A DNA stretch of 64,000 nucleotides, taken from a virus. The position numbers and the translations under genes are program-made. The stretch is from the IMG/VR virus record IMGVR_UViG_3300025812_000003, one strand, 5' to 3'. Position 1 is the first letter of the stretch. The number at the start of each line of letters is the position of its first letter. The notes under the pieces are model-generated. The model was given only the letters and a program-made list of their open reading frames with translations, searched no databases and was not told where the DNA came from. This document shows, piece by piece, positions 55,607-64,000 of this stretch.

Positions 55607-56217
55607 AAACGGCGCATCGCCTCAAGACGCCCAGGCCGCAGAAGCGCCCCAAGGGGCTGCGGAGGCTCCTCTGCGCCATCATAGTGGACGAGATGGGGAC
55701 GCAATGCGGCGGCGGGCCCGAACAGGAGATCAGGGAGCTGAAGAAAACGTTCAGCAAGGAGGTCTTCCTCAACCCCATCACCTACTACAGGGCATTATAC
55801 GCCAGAGAGGGCGGCCAGGGCATAAAGCCCGGGACGGACCTCGTCCTGTTCGACTACGGGGGGATGAGCCTGGGGAACGACCTGCTCGGCTCCAACTCCA
55901 GGGAGCTCATCAAGTGGCTCCAGGACCACCCGAACTCGCTGGCCATCATCGTGTCGGCCTTCACCTACCAGAACGGCATCGAGCCCGAGCTGAGGGAGAT
56001 GGGGTTCCAGACGGACGCTGGCCTGCGGTGGGACGGGCTGACCACGGGCGAGGCGGGAAAGCGCCCCCTCTTCCACAACCTGGTCAACTGGTACGAGCGG
56101 TATTCCTTGATCCACGAGGGGCAAAAGAGGTGCTATACGACCATCCCGGAGTGGTTCGATGCCGAACTGCGGGAGTTCGAGAAGGGCGAGGAAAGGAAGC
56201 TGAAAGAGGGGCAATGA
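55603..56217 (+). CDS. receiver-like domain protein
   Basis: IIVDE...DLVLFDYGG...IIVSA. Confidence 0.5.
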   Translation: MKTAHRLKTPRPQKRPKGLRRLLCAIIVDEMGTQCGGGPEQEIRELKKTFSKEVFLNPITYYRALYAREGGQGIKPGTDLVLFDYGGMSLGNDLLGSNSRELIKWLQDHPNSLAIIVSAFTYQNGIEPELREMGFQTDAGLRWDGLTTGEAGKRPLFHNLVNWYERYSLIHEGQKRCYTTIPEWFDAELREFEKGEERKLKEGQ

Positions 56218-56377
56218 GGGCATGGGACGAATGGCGGCTCATGTGCGAGGCGGCGGAGAGGCTCCCCGGGATGTTCAAGGGAGCCAGGGCGGCCGTCCTC
56301 TGCGAGGACCCGGGCATCAAGGAGTTCATGAAGGAGGAGTTTCCGGAACTCTACGCCGAGGCGGGCCTGGAGGAGCG

Positions 56378-56737
56378 ATGAGCCAGATCGTGTACGCAGT
56401 AGTGTTCGCCAACTCCAGCCCCAAGGAACTCAACAGCCTGTGGACCACCCGGGAGCTGGCCGAGAAGATGGCCTCCATGCTCAACGACGAGGATGGTCGC
56501 AGCATGTGGGGAGTCGAGGAGCTCGTCGTCCGGGACGAGGACGACGAGCTCCTGAAAGGCACATGCAAGTGCGAAGCACTCGGGCGCAACCTGTGCCATG
56601 AGGACGCCACCGAGGAGTGCCTGCATTGCCACGGGCTGTTCTGCGGTGCGTGCATAGACCCAGGGAAACACGCCTGCACCGCCCCGTGGCGGACTGGGGA
56701 TTCCTGGAGCCATCCATTGAAGGAAGGTGCCCAATGA
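56378..56737 (+). CDS. hypothetical protein, Cys-rich C-terminus
   Basis: ATGA overlap. Confidence 0.5.
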   Translation: MSQIVYAVVFANSSPKELNSLWTTRELAEKMASMLNDEDGRSMWGVEELVVRDEDDELLKGTCKCEALGRNLCHEDATEECLHCHGLFCGACIDPGKHACTAPWRTGDSWSHPLKEGAQ

Positions 56738-57009
56738 GCGACAAGCTGACCAACGAGCAGGTCCTGGCGTACATAGAACAACACAAAAAGGACGGGTGGG
56801 ACGGGAGGGAGAGGCTCAAGGCCCCCAAGGGACGATACCGCGTGGTCGGCGTCGACACGTTCGAGGGGCCGAGAGACGACTTCCTGATGGGCGACTTCGA
56901 CGTCCTCGAAGATGCCAAGGAAGAGGCCAGGTCCAACGGCGGGGAGATGAACGTGACCTACGTGTTCGACGACGAGGGAAACACGTTGGCGAGGTTCGGG
57001 AGCGTATGA
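56734..57009 (+). CDS. hypothetical protein
   Basis: APKGRYRVVGVDTF. Confidence 0.55.
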   Translation: MSDKLTNEQVLAYIEQHKKDGWDGRERLKAPKGRYRVVGVDTFEGPRDDFLMGDFDVLEDAKEEARSNGGEMNVTYVFDDEGNTLARFGSV

Positions 57010-57196
57010 TGCCTACCGACGATCAGAAAGAGGCATTCCGCGAGCGGTTCCGCAAGGTCATCCTGATGGCCGGGTACAAGGACCCGGGGCCAATCCTCGC
57101 AGAGTGGTTCGAGCCCTACTGGAACGGCGACCGGGGGACGTTTGAGGAGATGCTGGCGAGGTACGAGGCCGACTGCGCCAGGGACGGAGAAATCAT

Positions 57197-57619
57197 ATGA
57201 CCTACACGGTGCTGGCATACAAGCAGGACAGTAAGGACTTCTGTATGGGATGCCTCATGGCGTCCTATGGTTCCGACTTCGAGTTCGAGGCCTTCAAGAC
57301 GGAGCAAGAGGCAATCGACTTCGCCGCCAAATTCCTTGCATACGACAGAAAGATAGGGGAAACAGGCTACGACGTCACCATCCTGGTCAACGGTAGGAAC
57401 TGGTGGGACGACGTCGCCTGCGAGGAATGCGTTGCCTCCGAACGGATCATAGCGGCCGCCTCGGTATTGGGAAAGAAGCTTCGGGATGGGAGGAAAGAAC
57501 GGCAGGCCTTGGATAAGCAGAAAGCGGAGGAAGCCAAGAAAAAGAACCAGGAGGCGGTCAGGGAGGCCCACGACGTTCGGGAATACGCCCGCCTCAAGGC
57601 GAAGTTCAAGGACATGTAG
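57197..57619 (+). CDS. hypothetical protein
   Basis: ATGA overlap. Confidence 0.6.
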   Translation: MTYTVLAYKQDSKDFCMGCLMASYGSDFEFEAFKTEQEAIDFAAKFLAYDRKIGETGYDVTILVNGRNWWDDVACEECVASERIIAAASVLGKKLRDGRKERQALDKQKAEEAKKKNQEAVREAHDVREYARLKAKFKDM

Positions 57620-58073
57620 GAGGACGGCAATGAACGGAGAGGCCAAGATGGGCATCGTTTTCGCGATGATCGGGGCGGCATGTGTCCTCCTGGGGGGACA
57701 GGCGCTCTGGCAACAGTTCCCTAACAGGCTCCCATTGGAGTGCATGCTTGGCGGGGCGGTCCTCCTCGCGGGGGGCATCGCAGCAGTGAAGAAGTATAGG
57801 CGGCCCCCAGGGCTAAGGCGCGGATGAGAGAGGACACAGCCCTCATTCAGGCCGAAGAAATCATATGATGCATTGGACATGCGATGGTTGCGACTTCCGG
57901 CTTGGGCCCATCGACCCGGCAAGGCTCCTCGACCACGTGGAGGAGACGGGGCACAGGGACGGCAGGATAAACTTCGACCCCCTAGTCCCCGACACCGAGG
58001 CGGGACGGAGGATGGTGCGCTTCCTGGCAGCCGACCTGGAGAAGAGAATCCATAAGGAGTATGAAAAACGGCT

Positions 58074-59039
58074 ATGAACGCCCAGCTCCTATCCCGGGAC
58101 GAGTTCCGCACGGCGGTCTTCCTCCGCGACGGGGGCAGGTGCGTCCTGTGCGGCGGGCCGGGCGCAGACGCCCACCACATCGTCGACAGGAAGCTGTTCC
58201 CCGATGGCGGCTACTACCTGGACAACGGGGCGACCCTCTGCGAAGGATGCCATCTCCAGGCGGAGACTTCCTCCGACCCCGAATTCCTCCCCTCCCGCAT
58301 CCGAGAGACGGCGGGGATTGCCAGCGTCGTCCTTCCCCCGGGGCTGGACCCGGGCGCGGGGTACGACAAGTGGGGAAGGCCCATCGTGTCCGGCCCAATC
58401 CGTTATCCCAAAACGCCTCATCTTCCCTGGAGTCCGGGATACGACGCCCAAGAGGACATGGTGCTGGAGTCCACGGATCATTGGACTGGCGTGGAGGTGG
58501 TCATCACCGAGAAGATGGACGGGGAGTGCACGACCCTGGCCAGGGACTACATGCACGCCCGGTCCCCTAACTACGGCCCACATCCGTCCAGGACGAAGGT
58601 CAGGGCGATGTGGGGGAGGATCAGGCATGAGATACCGGATGCCTGGAGGCTTTGTCTTGAGAACGTCTCGGCCAGGCATTCCATCAAATACGTCGGCCTT
58701 CCTTCCTACTTCCTGGTATTCTCCATATGGGATCAGCTCGGGACGGCCCGGGGTTGGGACGACACCGAGGAATGGTGCCAGCTCCTCGGCCTCCATACCG
58801 TGCCGGTGCTGTGGCGCGGGACGTGGGACAGGCAGGCATGCTGCGAGGTCATCGCCGGGCTGGACCTCGACGGGCAGGAGGGTATCGTCGTGCGTCCGGC
58901 GGGAGGGTTCCGGTGGGGCCAGATCGCCGACCCGAGGGCGGGGGTGCTGGGCAAGTGGGTGAGGAAGGGGCACGTAACTACAGATCAACATTGGATGGAA
59001 CGCCCGGTCGAATGGAACGGGCTGAGGAAGGGGGCATGA
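58074..59039 (+). CDS. HNH domain fused to ATP-dependent RNA ligase
   Basis: RDGGRCVLCG..DAHHI..NGATLC..CH; YPKTPHLPWSPG, ITEKMDGE, EGIVVR, KWVR. Confidence 0.85.
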   Translation: MNAQLLSRDEFRTAVFLRDGGRCVLCGGPGADAHHIVDRKLFPDGGYYLDNGATLCEGCHLQAETSSDPEFLPSRIRETAGIASVVLPPGLDPGAGYDKWGRPIVSGPIRYPKTPHLPWSPGYDAQEDMVLESTDHWTGVEVVITEKMDGECTTLARDYMHARSPNYGPHPSRTKVRAMWGRIRHEIPDAWRLCLENVSARHSIKYVGLPSYFLVFSIWDQLGTARGWDDTEEWCQLLGLHTVPVLWRGTWDRQACCEVIAGLDLDGQEGIVVRPAGGFRWGQIADPRAGVLGKWVRKGHVTTDQHWMERPVEWNGLRKGA

Positions 59040-59137
59040 TGGGCAGCTTCTTCATGCAGGACGGGTGGAACGACCGCAGGCTGGACGGTATTGGCCCTTG
59101 CAAGGGGCCAAAAAAGGGCAAAAGGAGGACGGCGGCC

Positions 59138-59485
59138 ATGGAAAACAAGTGGAGGGAATTCAAGGTCAGGGTCAAGAAGGAGACCTTTTGCGACGCCTAC
59201 TACAACCTGAAAGGGGAGCTCCAGGCATACATGGGAAGGCAGTGCCCCATCGACATCACGTTCCTGCCTCCCGCCGCGCGGAAGCTTCTGGGGAAGCCCG
59301 GCACATACAAGGTCCAGAGGGTGACCAGGGGGGGCATCGAAGTTGGGCTTGTCTCCAACCGGAATCACTGGAACCCCGCCCGGTACAAGGACAGCGAGAC
59401 GGTGCTCTGCCGCCGCCTGTGCAACCTCCTCGGGTACAAGGCCGAGAAGCCGGAAACCATCAGGGTCAGGATAACGAGGGCGTAA
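59138..59485 (+). CDS. hypothetical protein (paralog 1)
   Basis: Shares KPGTYKVQRV.RGGIEVGLV and KPETIRV.IT with next gene. Confidence 0.7.
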   Translation: MENKWREFKVRVKKETFCDAYYNLKGELQAYMGRQCPIDITFLPPAARKLLGKPGTYKVQRVTRGGIEVGLVSNRNHWNPARYKDSETVLCRRLCNLLGYKAEKPETIRVRITRA

Positions 59486-59513
59486 AAACGTAAAGGACAA
59501 ACAGAAGAAAACC

Positions 59514-59867
59514 ATGAAAGGCAAATGGAAGAAATTTGAAGTCAGGGTGGTGACGAACAACGACGTGTTCGGCCTAGACACCTGTGCGTACCTGGGAGAA
59601 AAGGACGATCCCGTGAACGTCAAAAACCTCCCATACCCAGCAAGCGGGCTCCTGGAGAAGCCCGGCACGTACAAGGTCCAAAGAGTGAACAGAGGGGGCA
59701 TCGAGGTGGGGCTCGTGCCTTTCTTTGGCAATTACCATCACCATCCCGCCCAGTACGGCAACAGCCACACGCTGCTTTGCCGCCACCTCTGCGACCTTCT
59801 CGATTACGACGCCCAGAAGCCGGAAACCATCAGAGTTAAGATAACGAAGGTAAAAAAGCAATCCTGA
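59514..59867 (+). CDS. hypothetical protein (paralog 2)
   Basis: Tandem duplicate of 59138..59485. Confidence 0.7.
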   Translation: MKGKWKKFEVRVVTNNDVFGLDTCAYLGEKDDPVNVKNLPYPASGLLEKPGTYKVQRVNRGGIEVGLVPFFGNYHHHPAQYGNSHTLLCRHLCDLLDYDAQKPETIRVKITKVKKQS

Positions 59868-59886
59868 TCCACAAAAGGAGATCAAA

Positions 59887-60315
59887 ATGCCCTGGAAAAT
59901 AGCCGAAAAGAACGTAAGGTGCTGGAAGGGATTCGTCGGCGAGGACGGTTCTCGCGGAAGGCTCCTCTCCCCCGTGCAAGGGCACGACTGGGGGAGGCTG
60001 AAGAAGGGCAAGGCGTTGATATCGTACCTGGACGACTGCGATGACGACTGTTGCGGCATCGGCGTGCATGCCGCCCTCAGCAGGCTCGACGCCGCATGGG
60101 GGGCGAGGCAGATAGGCAACTGCGGGAGGCGGCGGAAGCGGGTCGTCGTCTGGCAGTGCATCATCCCCAAGGGGGAGCGCTACCACGAGTCGAGCCGGGA
60201 GGACGCGCAGACGTACTGGTACGCCACCAGCAGGGGATACCCCAAGCACGGCAAGGTCAGGGCCAGGAGGATCGTCCTGGTCAGGAAGGTCTACGACAGG
60301 GTGGTGGCGGTCTAG
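59887..60315 (+). CDS. hypothetical protein
   Basis: AGGAG SD. Confidence 0.55.
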   Translation: MPWKIAEKNVRCWKGFVGEDGSRGRLLSPVQGHDWGRLKKGKALISYLDDCDDDCCGIGVHAALSRLDAAWGARQIGNCGRRRKRVVVWQCIIPKGERYHESSREDAQTYWYATSRGYPKHGKVRARRIVLVRKVYDRVVAV

Positions 60316-61031
60316 CGTCCGTCCGCAAGGACGCGAAAGAAGGCATGCATGAAGAAAAGCGACAGGTTCCCGCTGGCCAATGACGTCATGAAGCCGGTGC
60401 AGGACTTCAAGATAGGCGAACGCATTTTAAGCTTGTACTTCGTTACGGGAAGGAGTCCGTGGACCGCCTACAGCCTGTATTGGAACGACGCCCCCGGCCT
60501 CCCCCTCCAGCACGCCATGAGCGACGTGGAGGTGTTCACCGTCCTGCACCACCTGCTGGAGCCGGAAGATGCATGAGGAAGGAAGGTAGGACTGCCATGT
60601 GGACGAGGGCGCAGTACGAATCCTCCGTCGCGATCTCCGCGCTGGAGCGCATTTCCCGCAAGCCCTGGTCGATGGTGCACAAGTCGTCGTACCGGACGTT
60701 CGTCAGGAAGGCCGATGACGATATCAAAATTGTGACCGCCGCCATGGTCGACTTCGGCAAGCTGCTCGATCCCCTCTGGAAGCCGGAATGGGCGTCCGGG
60801 GAGTACAATCCCTGCGACTGCGAGAAGTGCATCGCCGTCCGGGCGCTGCACGTCATCCGCACGGCCCCCTGAACGCGGACAAGCCATGGAGGACTGCCCC
60901 AAGCACGGGAAACGGCACATGAGGTCGCGGACGATCCGGGACGTACGCCGCTACGAGACCGACGACGATTCCGACGCGGGCCTCACGTCGGAGCAATACT
61001 GCGAGGCCTGCGAGAAAGAGAAGGAGGAACA

Positions 61032-61415
61032 ATGCCCGATCCACCCATCATAGACGTGCCCGAGACCGATGGAAAGACGCCGATGGAAATCAGGGAGCTG
61101 ATCTATGGCCCCACGGACATCCAGAAGGCCATCCTGGAGAGGTTCCCGGAGGCGAAGTTCGAGGACGCCAGGGACTGGATACACGACGAGCGGTTCCTGG
61201 TGGTGATCCCGAGCGCCACCAGGCGGGAGTTCTTCCGGTTCGCCGTGAAGGAGGGGATAGCCCTGATATGCCTGGGGATCCAAGTGGAAATCTACCAGCC
61301 TCCGGCGTGGATGAAGGAAGAGCTGGAGATCCTCAAGGCGGAGAGGATGGAGAAGGAAGGGGAATGCGAAAAAACGACGGGGACGGCCCCCGAAAAGGGC
61401 CCGCCCTCTACATAG
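61032..61415 (+). CDS. hypothetical protein
   Basis: AGGAGG SD. Confidence 0.6.
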   Translation: MPDPPIIDVPETDGKTPMEIRELIYGPTDIQKAILERFPEAKFEDARDWIHDERFLVVIPSATRREFFRFAVKEGIALICLGIQVEIYQPPAWMKEELEILKAERMEKEGECEKTTGTAPEKGPPST

Positions 61416-61924
61416 ACGTGGACCACACCATCATGGCGAGGAACTTCCCAGAAGGCTTCCTTGAGCTCCGGCCCGGCGTCATGGGGCAGCTCCGAATCCT
61501 GTCGAGGCTGTTCGACTGCCGGTGGCTGACGTGCTGGCCATGGGACGACGGGGCGGGCATGGACGTCCGGTCCCTCCTGCGGGCGCTCTATTCCGACGAC
61601 CTCGTCCCGAAAATCGGATACTGCACCTGGAAACGAGGGCATCCGGACGGGAAGGCCGGGACGGTCCTGGCCCCGGGTGCCCCGACGGACTTCTGGTGGC
61701 TCGAAGACCCCCTCGGGAGGAACGAAAGGCGTGCGCTGGAAAGGGCCGGGAGGCTCGACAGGTACGTGGAGGTCAGCCCCAGTGGGCCATGGGGGTTCGC
61801 CGACGCATGCCTGGACCTTTTCGAGAGGGTTGGGATACGCGATGACGACCTCGCAGCACCGGGAGGCAGCCTGAGGATGTTCCGCAAGGAAAGCTACTTC
61901 TCGCCCACCATGTTCCCCGCCTGA
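61364..61924 (+). CDS. HAD-like protein
   Basis: LYIDVD.TI...WLTCW...FWWLED. Confidence 0.5.
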   Translation: MRKNDGDGPRKGPALYIDVDHTIMARNFPEGFLELRPGVMGQLRILSRLFDCRWLTCWPWDDGAGMDVRSLLRALYSDDLVPKIGYCTWKRGHPDGKAGTVLAPGAPTDFWWLEDPLGRNERRALERAGRLDRYVEVSPSGPWGFADACLDLFERVGIRDDDLAAPGGSLRMFRKESYFSPTMFPA

Positions 61925-61960
61925 CATCAACCCCAAGGTTCCCGCCTACGGCTGTCTTAA

Positions 61961-64000
<2,040 letters not shown>

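Noticed and set aside
59138-59867. DGR template/variable repeat pair
   Set aside because: Both copies are full ORFs, differences are not adenine-specific, and no reverse transcriptase is in the window

Overview
This is a GC-rich segment of a large (jumbo-type) bacteriophage genome, densely coded and almost entirely on the + strand. It carries an SNF2 helicase, an Mre11-like nuclease, a DnaQ exonuclease, nucleotide-metabolism enzymes, rIIA/rIIB-like genes, collagen-like fibre genes, a tRNA/RNA-repair kit (Thg1-like, HNH-RNA ligase, PTH2-like, RlaP-like) and 31 tRNA genes in three groups. The main observation concerns the two large tRNA arrays. Each sits behind a near-identical sigma70-type promoter, a short leader ORF (absent from the supplied ORF track), an antiterminator helix and an intrinsic terminator. 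Each leader peptide is built mainly from the amino acids whose tRNAs follow: Ser/Leu/Tyr for array 1, and Met/Arg/Asn/Lys/Pro/Gln/Trp/His/Phe for array 2. This looks like ribosome-mediated attenuation that switches on phage tRNAs when the matching host tRNAs run short. The arrays also contain 8/4-fold tRNA-Ser genes, tRNAs with C33/C55, a tRNA-Arg with a ~75-nt D-loop insert, two tandem circularly permuted tRNA-like (YrlA/Y-RNA-like) units and several unassigned structured RNAs. Several ORFs carry in-frame TAG codons. All calls come from reading motifs and base pairing by eye; no searches or folding programs were run.
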